Source: Candidatus Poribacteria bacterium (lineage in GTDB: Bacteria; Poribacteria; WGA-4E; PCPOR2b). From it: 64,000 bases of DNA. Both the position numbers and the translations under genes were made by a program. Within the stretch, counting starts at the first letter, position 1. Every line of letters begins with the position of its first letter. The stretch lies in the NCBI GenBank assembly GCA_965208325.1, contig OZ242326.1, positions 4,032,001 to 4,096,000 on the forward strand. Reading direction: 5' to 3'. The notes under the pieces are model-generated. The model had not been told where the DNA came from and made no database searches. It saw nothing but the letters and a program-made list of their open reading frames with translations. Below are positions 47,863-57,081 of this stretch, one piece after another.

Positions 47863-48861
47863 TTATTGCGGTGATGGTCCGATTATGGACAAGATTTCAG
47901 ATTTGGTCAGGCTGCGTACGTTGAATTTGAGCTTTTCAAAGAACGGTGTTAGATCTTCGCCGGCCACTTGGCTTAAAAAATAAACGAGAACACTGGTGCT
48001 CATGCGTTCAAGCGTTTTTTCGTGGAATTTTTCCTTTTCAATCAATCGGAAAACCTTCGCGTAAAAGTCTTCGCCGAAGCGAGATTTCAGTTTAGAAACG
48101 AGCGAATAAGAGTAATCATATCTCCACTTTGTAAGTGCAGGTACGCCTATTGTTCCGGAGCTCCAGTTTTGAACCATGTTTACGCCGTCAGCGTTTACTC
48201 TTATGTCATTTTCGATGTCTATTTTACCAAAATATCCTTGCTTAACATATTCCACTTCGACCAACACAGACAGTCCTTCCGCGAACCACGATGGAATGTT
48301 ATATATTTCGGTAAAGGCGTGGGTTAATTCGTGCGCTTGTGTGCCTTTTTGTTGCATCATGTTAAGCGGAAAGTGTATGCGAGCGCTAGTGACCTGTTTA
48401 ATCAGTTCTCCTCCGTCAAGCATAATCTGGGCGCCTGAGGAAGTTACCGCCGCATGCGTGCGCCCTCGAGAGGGCGGGTGAAGCACCACTTCAATTCGGT
48501 AATTTGGTTCAAATTTCAAAATGTCGTAAACGAAATTATAGAGACTCTCCAAGGACACCAAAATCCCACGCCCTGTATCCTGCCGCTCTTGAGCTTCGTC
48601 ATAATCCTCATGTTGCAACAGCGTTTCGTCAAAAGTCAATGTGAAATGTTCGCTATTTACCGTTAGCCCATCGGGGGTTGCGTTAAATTCGGAGGTCGGC
48701 CGTTCATACAGCACGTGCCGTTCTTTTCGTTCATTCTTGACACGTTCTTGTCTTCGCTGTTGCGCTTCGTTTAAGGCGGCGCAACCTGTACAGAAGAGCA
48801 CAGCCAGGAGCACAATCAACGCGTAGCCGATGCTGCTGCGAGATTGGCTATGGTATTTCAT
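47863..48861 (-). CDS. Lipoprotein with a gluzincin-like HExxH motif
   Basis: Lipobox CTGC; AHELTHAF...PSWFAEGL. Confidence 0.65.
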   Translation of the reverse strand: MKYHSQSRSSIGYALIVLLAVLFCTGCAALNEAQQRRQERVKNERKERHVLYERPTSEFNATPDGLTVNSEHFTLTFDETLLQHEDYDEAQERQDTGRGILVSLESLYNFVYDILKFEPNYRIEVVLHPPSRGRTHAAVTSSGAQIMLDGGELIKQVTSARIHFPLNMMQQKGTQAHELTHAFTEIYNIPSWFAEGLSVLVEVEYVKQGYFGKIDIENDIRVNADGVNMVQNWSSGTIGVPALTKWRYDYSYSLVSKLKSRFGEDFYAKVFRLIEKEKFHEKTLERMSTSVLVYFLSQVAGEDLTPFFEKLKFNVRSLTKSEILSIIGPSPQ

Positions 48862-48895
48862 CGGTTGTCCTCCTTGGCGAAAATAATGTCAGGCA

Positions 48896-49663
48896 TCAAA
48901 GCGGCGTGTCGTAACATGTATCTTTTAAGAAAGCCAACATCCGCATGCGTTTCGGTGTCGCGTCTTCAAAGAGTTCCGGCGTATAATAACCTCCGTCTTT
49001 GTGGTAGAGCCATTTTATATGCGCTGCTTCCTCTGGCGACCTCGGGTTCTGGAGGTAGTTGATGTAGATTGCTCTCCGCCCTACGGCTTCGCCGAAGGCG
49101 GCATGATAAAGTTTTACATTGAATACTACAACGTCGCCCGGATTGGACGCGATTGAATATGTGCCGGGAACATCCCTTCCTAACGGCAGTATGTCTCCGC
49201 CGTATCGTTCCATCCGCTGTCGGTAAGGCAAAAAGTGGCTTCCCGGTAACACCGAGAGACATCCTGTGTCTGCGTTAACTGGGTCTAAGTAGAGCACAAC
49301 TTTCAGGTGGATATGGTCCCCGGGCGATACATCGTCATGATGCCACCAAGTGTTGCCGAACCGATACGCGCCTTCGGATGTGCTAAATACGAAGTGCTTT
49401 CCAAGCAAATCCTCGACCACCTCACAGACTGCGTCACTGTCAAGCAAACGATGATACACCGCCGGATTATACTCAAAGAACCGCATCACGGCTATTGTCT
49501 TCGTTATGTCCTCGTATGTTCCCGCCAACCTTGCGCCCGCGGCTATCCGAAACGTCTCATCAAAGGCATTGATGTAAGTGCGTATCTCATTTGGCGGGAT
49601 GAAGTTCTTCAGAAAAATAAATCCCAAGGTTTCAAACTGGTGTATTTGCTTTTCTGTAAGCAT
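48896..49663 (-). CDS. Phytanoyl-CoA dioxygenase (PhyH) family Fe/2OG oxygenase
   Basis: F..LGF, WHHD, GCLSVLPGSH and GDVVVF...YH motifs. Confidence 0.88.
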   Translation of the reverse strand: MLTEKQIHQFETLGFIFLKNFIPPNEIRTYINAFDETFRIAAGARLAGTYEDITKTIAVMRFFEYNPAVYHRLLDSDAVCEVVEDLLGKHFVFSTSEGAYRFGNTWWHHDDVSPGDHIHLKVVLYLDPVNADTGCLSVLPGSHFLPYRQRMERYGGDILPLGRDVPGTYSIASNPGDVVVFNVKLYHAAFGEAVGRRAIYINYLQNPRSPEEAAHIKWLYHKDGGYYTPELFEDATPKRMRMLAFLKDTCYDTPL

Positions 49664-49841
49664 TTCTCCGAACCTATTAGCCGTGAACTAAAATGTACGG
49701 AACGACGGTTGGAATAATCTTACCACGAATTGGGTTTAATTGCAATGCGATATGCGCTACCGGCTTTTCGTGCTTGCAAGCGGCCGCAAATTTTGATAGT
49801 ATACTTTAACCTGAACATCCACAATGAAATGGGGAGGAATC

Positions 49842-51113
49842 ATGAAACTACCGAGAATGATTCGAGTGAAACAACGATTTGAAGCGCCAGTGGTCGACAA
49901 TCTTCCGGAAGCTATTTCCGACGAATTGGATCGCATTGATGCCGGGGCGATTGTGGGTAAGGGTAGCAGTGTTGCCGTGACGGCGGGGAGCCGCGGCGTT
50001 GCAGACATCGGAGTAATAGTCAAGGCGGCGGTAGATTACCTCAAACGAATTGGCGCCAAGCCGTTTATCGTGCCGGCGATGGGCAGTCACGGCGGCGCCA
50101 CCGCGGAAGGACAGCGCGAAGTGTTGGCGCATTACGGCATAACGGATGAGAGTATGGGTGTCCCCATCAAGGCTACCATGGAGGTGGTGGAAATCGGTCA
50201 GACAGCGGACAAGTTGCCGGTGTTTTTGGATCGATATGCCGCCGAAGCCGATCATATCCTTCCCCTCAATCGAATCAAAGCCCATACTGACTTCAGCGGT
50301 TCTATTGAAAGCGGCCTAATGAAAATAATGGCGATTGGATTGGGCAAACAGAAGGGAGCGAATACATATCATCGCGCATCGATTCAGCACGGTTTCGAAC
50401 ACGTCATTACATCGGTGGGAAGCCTAGTATTAGGCACCGGAAAAGTCGCGTTTGGAATTGGGATTATTGAAAACGCTTTCGAACAGACAGCAAAAGTTGC
50501 CGCGCTGCGATCCGGTGAACTGTTGTCTGGGGAGCGCGAACTTCTGATAGAGTCCAAAGCGCTTATGGGACGACTTCCTTTTGACACGCTGGATTTCCTC
50601 ATTGTGGACTACATGGGGAAAAATATCAGCGGAACAGGTATGGACACAAACATCATTGGCAGGCGGCTGCAAACTTTAGGGGTTGAACCTGAGAAACCCA
50701 AGATTATACGCATCTTCGTCCGAGATGTAACAGACGCCAGCGACGGCAATGCGACAGGAATTGGATTGGCAGATTTCACGACAACACGCCTTGTGGATAG
50801 GATTGACCGGCATGCGACGTACATGAATGGAATTACCGGTTTAGGACCCCAGAAATCGAGAATTCCATTTCACTACGACAACGATCGTGAAGCGATTGAG
50901 ATAGCGCTACAGACGATTGGATTAACTCCGCCAGAACTAGCGAATGTTATTCGCATTGAGAACACACTGAAATTGACGGAAGTAGATATCTCTGAATCGT
51001 TGCTTGAAGCGGCAAAACTGCGCAGCGATTTGGAGGTCATCGGCAGGTTGAGTTCGCTTGAATTTGACTCTTCGGGCAATCTGTTGCCGTTCTCAATCTA
51101 TAGATTTGCATAA
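49842..51113 (+). CDS. Lactate racemase (LarA)-like / DUF2088-DUF362 domain protein
   Basis: TAGSRG, PAMGSHGGATAEGQ, NRIKAHTDF, ESGLMK and GKNISGTGMDTN motifs. ATG at 49842 follows GGAGG. Confidence 0.8.
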   Translation: MKLPRMIRVKQRFEAPVVDNLPEAISDELDRIDAGAIVGKGSSVAVTAGSRGVADIGVIVKAAVDYLKRIGAKPFIVPAMGSHGGATAEGQREVLAHYGITDESMGVPIKATMEVVEIGQTADKLPVFLDRYAAEADHILPLNRIKAHTDFSGSIESGLMKIMAIGLGKQKGANTYHRASIQHGFEHVITSVGSLVLGTGKVAFGIGIIENAFEQTAKVAALRSGELLSGERELLIESKALMGRLPFDTLDFLIVDYMGKNISGTGMDTNIIGRRLQTLGVEPEKPKIIRIFVRDVTDASDGNATGIGLADFTTTRLVDRIDRHATYMNGITGLGPQKSRIPFHYDNDREAIEIALQTIGLTPPELANVIRIENTLKLTEVDISESLLEAAKLRSDLEVIGRLSSLEFDSSGNLLPFSIYRFA

Positions 51114-51209
51114 ACGGCGTCCAACGCATTTGTTGGCTAATAAAAGCGTTGACCGTTTGATTGCCGCAGTAATGGCTACAATTTAGAATCAGATGTAGGG
51201 ATTTTAGAC

Positions 51210-51617
51210 ATGGAAGGACGTTCAACGGGCATTCTGCGCCGGGTATTTCGCAATCCGTTTATCGGGGGTTTGCTTGCAGTTGCTCTCGTGTTGATGCTCG
51301 TCCTCTTTTTCTCACAATGGTACTTGATTACCGAGCTGTTAGATTTGACCTTAGATCTTGTGGAGAAGGAACTGATACGGCAGGCACCTGAAGGTGTGGA
51401 GGCATCGGAAATTTCAAGCACATTTGAAAATCTCAGAGAAGCGCTAATGAAAATGCCGATGAGCTACATTTCAGGTAAGATAAGTCTGAGAAAGGTTAAC
51501 GCAGCTGCGAATTACGCGAAAAGTGCGAACAAGGACGGCGAATGGACTTCAGAGGAGGTCAACACGATGCTAATCATGATGAATGCGGCTGTGGGATTCA
51601 AGCGCGGGGAAATTTAA
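51210..51617 (+). CDS. Hypothetical membrane-anchored helical protein
   Basis: 135-aa ORF with an N-terminal TM helix, 3 nt upstream of the next gene. Confidence 0.65.
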   Translation: MEGRSTGILRRVFRNPFIGGLLAVALVLMLVLFFSQWYLITELLDLTLDLVEKELIRQAPEGVEASEISSTFENLREALMKMPMSYISGKISLRKVNAAANYAKSANKDGEWTSEEVNTMLIMMNAAVGFKRGEI

Positions 51618-51620
51618 CGG

Positions 51621-52382
51621 ATGGTTGAGCTGACAGATCCCTATGAAAAGTTTGCTTGTGCCTACGATCGCATGATGAGCAACGTGGATTACGTGCGTTG
51701 GGCAGACTATATCCATAATCTCTTCAAGCACTACAAATTTCGCCCGCGAAAAATTTTGGATTTAGCTTGTGGAACGGCGGCTTTGACGGTATTGATGGCG
51801 GAGAAAGGGTATGAAATTTGGGGGTTGGATCGTGCGGAAGGGATGCTGACAGTTGCACGTCAGAAAGCGAAGGATCGCGGCTTGAGTATTCAGTTTTATC
51901 AAGGTGACATGTGTAACTTCAGGCTGCAACAAGAGTTTGATGCGATTGTTTGCATATACGATAGCGTCAACTATGCCATAAATGAAGACGAACTAGCCAA
52001 TGTGTTTCGCTCCGCGTTTAGGCATCTCACTCCATCGGGGCTGTTCATTTTCGATGTGACAACCGAACACAATATCGTGCGGCATTTTCATGCACAAACC
52101 TTTGCAGAAAACAACGATGACTATGCCTATATCTGGAAGAATCTCTATTCGTACCGGGATAATATCTGCCGCACTTCATTGACCTTTTTCCTGCGAGAAG
52201 GGGAAATTTTTCGCCGATATGAAGAGGTGCATCTCCAGAAAATTTTCGGGGTTAACACGGTCAAGAAATTGCTGCATCAGAACGGGTACAAAATGCTCAG
52301 CGCGTACGACATGTATACTTTTAATCGCTGGAACCGGCATTCTGATCGAATCAATTTCACTGCATGTAAAGAAGCGGGTTAG
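51621..52382 (+). CDS. Class I SAM-dependent methyltransferase
   Basis: FA..YD..M, LDLACGT, GLD, QGDM, DSVNY and GLFIFD motifs. Confidence 0.88.
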   Translation: MVELTDPYEKFACAYDRMMSNVDYVRWADYIHNLFKHYKFRPRKILDLACGTAALTVLMAEKGYEIWGLDRAEGMLTVARQKAKDRGLSIQFYQGDMCNFRLQQEFDAIVCIYDSVNYAINEDELANVFRSAFRHLTPSGLFIFDVTTEHNIVRHFHAQTFAENNDDYAYIWKNLYSYRDNICRTSLTFFLREGEIFRRYEEVHLQKIFGVNTVKKLLHQNGYKMLSAYDMYTFNRWNRHSDRINFTACKEAG

Positions 52383-52436
52383 CCAGGGTATATGGTTGTT
52401 CTAGCCGCAATGCGTGCTGTTTAGCGGTCACAAGAC

Positions 52437-53918
52437 TTACGATAACCCCGTTATTGCAAGAAACCTACCAAAAGCCTCATCCCAACGCGCCGAATCTTGC
52501 GGTTCGTAGACAGCGGACTCAAACGACCGGCGGACAATCTCGCGCGCATCAGCAATCGAATTTATTGCACCGCTAGCGACTGCTTGTACCATGATGTTGC
52601 CGATAGCGGTTGCTTCGATTGGCCCCGCGACAACCGGTGTCGCCGTGGCATCGGCAGTGAATTGGCAAAGCATCGTATTCTGCGTCCCGCCGCCGACGAT
52701 GTATAGGACGTTAATGGGTTTGCCCCTAACGGATTCGAGTTTTTCCAAGACCCACCGGTATTTGAGGGCAAGGCTTTCCAAGGCACAGCGGATGATTTGT
52801 CCCTTGTCCAACGGGATAGTTTGCCCGCTCCGTTTGCAATAGTCAACAATTCGCGACGGCATATCGCCGGCGGGCAGAAAACTGCTGTCATCCGGGTCAA
52901 TTAGTCCGGCGAAAGGCTTTGCGCTCATAGCGAGCTGGGTAACCTGGTCGTAGGACATGTCCTCACCCGCTTGCGCCCAAGTTCGCCGACACTCCTGTAC
53001 CAACCATAAACCCATGATGTTTTTGAGGAATCGGAAGGTGTTTTCAATTCCGCCCTCATTTGTGAAGTTGAGTTCCAGCGCTTGATCGGTAATAATCGGG
53101 TTTGGAACCTCTATTCCCATCAATGACCATGTGCCGGAGCTGATATATGCCCAGTCTTCTCCCCGTGCAGGTACCGCAGCCACAGCCGAACCGGTATCGT
53201 GACACGCGGGCGCAATTACGGGGATTTTGGGAAGTCCGACCTCGCTAGCAACATTCGACAGAAGTGCGCCAAAATGTGTGCCTGGGGGCACAATCTCGGG
53301 GAATATTTCGGTTGGCAAGCCGAGTGCGCCGAGAATCTCCTTCGACCAACCGTATTGACGCGGATCGTAAAACTGTGTCGTTGTTGCATCAGTGAATTCG
53401 CACGCTTTTCGTCCTGTTAACCAAAAGTTGAAGATATCCGGCATCATCAAAAACGTGTCTGCCGCGTCAAGCAGCGGCGAGTTTCGTAATGCCATCGAGA
53501 GCAATTGATAGAGCGTGTTAATCGGAAGGAATTGTGTTCCGCTGCGCTTGAAGATTTCCTCGCGCGGCATACGGCGGAAGGCTTCGTCCAGCATACCATC
53601 TGTGCGCGAGTCCCGGTAATGATGGGGGTACCCAAGCAATGCATCGTCTCTACCAAGCAGTGCAAAATCGACTCCCCATGTATCTACACCAAGGCTGGTG
53701 AGATTTACACGATCGCGCGCACATATAGAAAGGGTGGTTTTGATTTCACTCCAGAGCTGTAGGACATCCCAGTGCAGGCTATCCATCACACGAACGCCGC
53801 CGTTGGGGAATCGGTGTATTTCCTCCAATTGTAGCAAACCGCCATCGAAATTCCCTAACACACCGCGTCCGCTTTCCGCGCCGAGGTCTATTGCCAAGTA
53901 TTGTTGCGTTTTGCGCAT
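52437..53918 (-). CDS. rhaB: Rhamnulokinase (FGGY family)
   Basis: AIDLGAESGR, DTWGVDF, YRDSRT, HDTGSAV, SSGTWSLMG, FTNEGG, KNIMGLW and GPIEATAIGN motifs. Confidence 0.88.
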   Translation of the reverse strand: MRKTQQYLAIDLGAESGRGVLGNFDGGLLQLEEIHRFPNGGVRVMDSLHWDVLQLWSEIKTTLSICARDRVNLTSLGVDTWGVDFALLGRDDALLGYPHHYRDSRTDGMLDEAFRRMPREEIFKRSGTQFLPINTLYQLLSMALRNSPLLDAADTFLMMPDIFNFWLTGRKACEFTDATTTQFYDPRQYGWSKEILGALGLPTEIFPEIVPPGTHFGALLSNVASEVGLPKIPVIAPACHDTGSAVAAVPARGEDWAYISSGTWSLMGIEVPNPIITDQALELNFTNEGGIENTFRFLKNIMGLWLVQECRRTWAQAGEDMSYDQVTQLAMSAKPFAGLIDPDDSSFLPAGDMPSRIVDYCKRSGQTIPLDKGQIIRCALESLALKYRWVLEKLESVRGKPINVLYIVGGGTQNTMLCQFTADATATPVVAGPIEATAIGNIMVQAVASGAINSIADAREIVRRSFESAVYEPQDSARWDEAFGRFLAITGLS

Positions 53919-54031
53919 CCCAAATGTCCTCTGCGACGATTTGAAATTTTTATTTTTCTAAACTCTCGTTAGGCCATTGGCTTTAGGGAGTGGATCGGTG
54001 AGGTTTTGTAATTCGATGCGTCGTGTGTAGT

Positions 54032-54054
54032 GCGGGGCAAGATGCCCCGCCTAC
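54032..54054. repeat. REP (GTAGGCGGGGCATCTTGCCCCGC family)
   Basis: Identical to the copies at 9204 and 16700. Confidence 0.8.
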
Positions 54055-54087
54055 GGCGGGAGAAGAGTCTGAATATGCCGCTGCCGT

Positions 54088-54615
54088 TTACTTTTTCATA
54101 TACCGTTGTTTTACGTCTTCCGCAGCCTGGCTTCCGGCACGGTAATTTTGCAACTGATTAATTGATGCGCCTGCTTCAATAAGCGCTTCGGCGGACGCAG
54201 CATAGCCAAACTCAATTGCAAGGCGCAGCGGCTCTCCATCATCATTTAGTCCTTCCGCCTTCGCGCCTGCGTCAACGAAAATCTTGACTAAATCCGCCGC
54301 AACGCCGGCATTGTGCGGGTGAACACTGGTGACGAGGGACACCAAAGGCGTTGTCCCGCTCTTTCCATCCAGAAAAGTGGCATCAACGTCGCTGCCCGCG
54401 GCAATCAAAGTCTTTGCAATCTCCGCGGCATTTTTCGGCGTGCTTTGGCGTTCGTCCTCGACTCCGTTTGCCGATACGTAATGCAGCAAAGTGGCGCGAT
54501 GAACTCTGGCGGAGCGTGCTTTAGCAAGATTTGGATTGGCGGCAAGCAACTCGGACAACTTCGTTAAATCGCCGGCGATAATTGCCTCGACAGCGGCTTC
54601 AAAGGTTGCGTTCAT
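54088..54615 (-). CDS. Ankyrin-repeat protein
   Basis: AIIAGDL..L..LL, TLLHY, LIAAGSDVDA, TTPL and PL..A...G....AEALIEAGA motifs. ATG at 54615 follows GGGGAGGA. Confidence 0.85.
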   Translation of the reverse strand: MNATFEAAVEAIIAGDLTKLSELLAANPNLAKARSARVHRATLLHYVSANGVEDERQSTPKNAAEIAKTLIAAGSDVDATFLDGKSGTTPLVSLVTSVHPHNAGVAADLVKIFVDAGAKAEGLNDDGEPLRLAIEFGYAASAEALIEAGASINQLQNYRAGSQAAEDVKQRYMKK

Positions 54616-54700
54616 GTATCCTCCCCTTAAACGCAAGACGTCTTGCGGATCTCTTATTGCAAAATGCGCAGTATTGACAGCTCAAACGTCCACATTTTTC

Positions 54701-55150
54701 CGCATTATAGCGCCTTATAGCGCCTTATAGCGCCTTATAGCGCCTTATAGCGCCTTATAGCGCCTTATAGCGCCTTATAGCGCCTTATAGCGCCTTATAG
54801 CGCCTTATAGCGCCTTATAGCGCCTTATAGCGCCTTATAGCGCCTTATAGCGCCTTATAGCGCCTTATAGCGCCTTATAGCGCCTTATAGCGCCTTATAG
54901 CGCCTTATAGCGCCTTATAGCGCCTTATAGCGCCTTATAGCGCCTTATAGCGCCTTATAGCGCCTTATAGCGCCTTATAGCGCCTTATAGCGCCTTATAG
55001 CGCCTTATAGCGCCTTATAGCGCCTTATAGCGCCTTATAGCGCCTTATAGCGCCTTATAGCGCCTTATAGCGCCTTATAGCGCCTTATAGCGCCTTATAG
55101 CGCCTTATAGCACCTTATAGCGCCTTATAGCGCCTTATAGCACCTTATAC
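54701..55150. repeat. Microsatellite (CGCCTTATAG)n, 45 units
   Basis: 40 consecutive perfect units at 54711-55110, 42 perfect in total. Variants: CGCATTATAG (54701), CACCTTATAG (55111) and CACCTTATAC (55141). Confidence 0.95.
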
Positions 55151-55218
55151 CGCGTATCTTCGGAGTCCAAAATTGTTGCTAAGAAAAGATTTGGCATAAA
55201 AATCGAGACGCAACCAAA

Positions 55219-55869
55219 TCATACAGTGGCATCCGATTCCGCTTTTGAAGCTGCAATCTTGATTAACGCACCGGCGGCAAAAATGAATCCTAGACTGCGT
55301 AGAATGATATGCAATTGAACATCAATTTGGGGAATCAAGAACCCGATGGGGAAGGCAATAATCGCGAGCAGGAACAGATAACCTGAAGGGCGATTCCAAC
55401 TCTTAATCAGCGCCAAGCCGTAACATAAGGACATGAGAACTGCAAAGAACGTGCTTGTCCGCGAAAGCGCTTCCCAGAACTCTTCAGAAAAATGATAAAT
55501 CAACATTGCGGTTTCACGAGATGGCGGTTTGTCGTAAAATTCGCTCAGTGTTCGCAGCGGTGCTGTTTGGGAGAGGTGTCCCACAATACCAATGCCAATC
55601 CAAAGAAGGGCGAAACCGAGCCCTAAGTAGCTGCGAGTTGCCGAGGTTGATTTCAGCAGCGCAAATAGTGCGAAGACCGCCGGCGTGATTAAGATGAGAC
55701 TGACAACGCTAAAGCCGTGTGCGATGCCAACGAGTTTCAAATCTGGGCTTCCAAGATGCGCCGCGTGCACATGAAATATGGACAGATAGCTCGGCATGAA
55801 CATGAAAATGCCGCCGAGCAACCCTGTGATGCCGCCGACCAGATACAGTTCAGTTGGTTTATGCTTCAA
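55219..55869 (-). CDS. Multi-pass membrane protein (DUF4386-like topology)
   Basis: 216 aa with ~6 hydrophobic segments; TTG start after GGAGG. Confidence 0.7.
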   Translation of the reverse strand: MKHKPTELYLVGGITGLLGGIFMFMPSYLSIFHVHAAHLGSPDLKLVGIAHGFSVVSLILITPAVFALFALLKSTSATRSYLGLGFALLWIGIGIVGHLSQTAPLRTLSEFYDKPPSRETAMLIYHFSEEFWEALSRTSTFFAVLMSLCYGLALIKSWNRPSGYLFLLAIIAFPIGFLIPQIDVQLHIILRSLGFIFAAGALIKIAASKAESDATV

Positions 55870-56073
55870 AATCGGTACCTCCGCTTGAAAGACATGAGTT
55901 AACCGCGAACTCGGAAATTAAGAAACCGTGGTAAAATCATCAGTTTCATGGCGTCGTCCAACTCTCCAAAATTAGTGTTTGCTCTATTTTAGCATTTCCG
56001 CAAATTTGATGAAAGACGTTTCTGCCGCCGCCCTTTGGGTATTAGACAGCCTAGGTAATAAAATACCAAATGT

Positions 56074-56907
56074 CTACCAGCGCGCCGGACCAGACGGAAA
56101 CCCGTAAGGTTTGTAGTTACAATCCCTATTCCCTGATGGCCACGCCTGTCCGCCTATGAACCTAAACTCATCAATTTTCCCGGAAAGCCAGTAGAACATA
56201 CGCGCAGTCTCTATGGGTCCATAGGTTGCCGAATGGAAGTCAAAATCGGGTTCACGCACCCAGTCTCGGATTGGCGGCTCGGTGCGCCAGTAGTTGTATT
56301 TCATCATATGGCGTACTGCCGACCCCGTTGAGGCAGCACGGCGGTGCCAAATTGAATAGACCGTGATGAAAATTGACCCCGCGGGTGAAGCGGTTATGAC
56401 GCCATCTCGAATGCCGCCATAGTGTTGCATATAGCGTGCCGGCCAATTGTTAACATGCGAACCGGGCAATACTTCGGTGGGTCCTAATTCAGGAGGCGTA
56501 TCTTGCGGATAATAGAACACCTGAAGATAGTTCACCTCCGGACCGCACTTTGAACCGCCATCCCTATGCCATCTCTGAGACGGTGACGGGCATTCGCCGC
56601 GATGTTGGCTCATAAGAATCGGCAAGCCAAAGTTCATCCCAAGCAATGACCGAACGGCGCCTGCCGCTTGGGTATTAAGAATTACATTCTCAACAAACCA
56701 GTCATCCCTTAAAATTTCGGTTGGTTCATAATAGGTGTTTGCGTCGAGGTACTCAATTGCCTTGCGATTTATCTCGTCAGGCACTACCCCGTTTAACACG
56801 AGAAAGCCCGTTGTGCAAAACTGTAAAATCTGCCCGTCTGTCAGGGTCGGCTCGCAGTCATACGTTCTCTGCGGTATGCTGTACCGCTCCCGGTTTGTAA
56901 GTTCCAT
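56074..56907 (-). CDS. PhyH family Fe/2OG oxygenase
   Basis: WHRD, GPTEVLPGSH and IWHRR motifs. Confidence 0.82.
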   Translation of the reverse strand: MELTNRERYSIPQRTYDCEPTLTDGQILQFCTTGFLVLNGVVPDEINRKAIEYLDANTYYEPTEILRDDWFVENVILNTQAAGAVRSLLGMNFGLPILMSQHRGECPSPSQRWHRDGGSKCGPEVNYLQVFYYPQDTPPELGPTEVLPGSHVNNWPARYMQHYGGIRDGVITASPAGSIFITVYSIWHRRAASTGSAVRHMMKYNYWRTEPPIRDWVREPDFDFHSATYGPIETARMFYWLSGKIDEFRFIGGQAWPSGNRDCNYKPYGFPSGPARW

Positions 56908-57081
56908 GGTAATATCCTCGTAGGAAAAAGTTTGAAGTTGAGATTCATAGTCTTCATTCCATGAAAATGGACAAAAAAACTTGTTTAAGCATTGCGGTTA
57001 CCTCTAAAACCCAAACAACTTCAGCCGAATTTCATTTCGAGTCCGGAATATTAAGATATGAGAGTAATCTAGTTATTACAA

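Noticed and set aside
55191..55206. TTGGCATAAAAATCGA as a sigma-54 promoter
   Set aside because: It lacks the -12 GC and has no plus-strand gene downstream.
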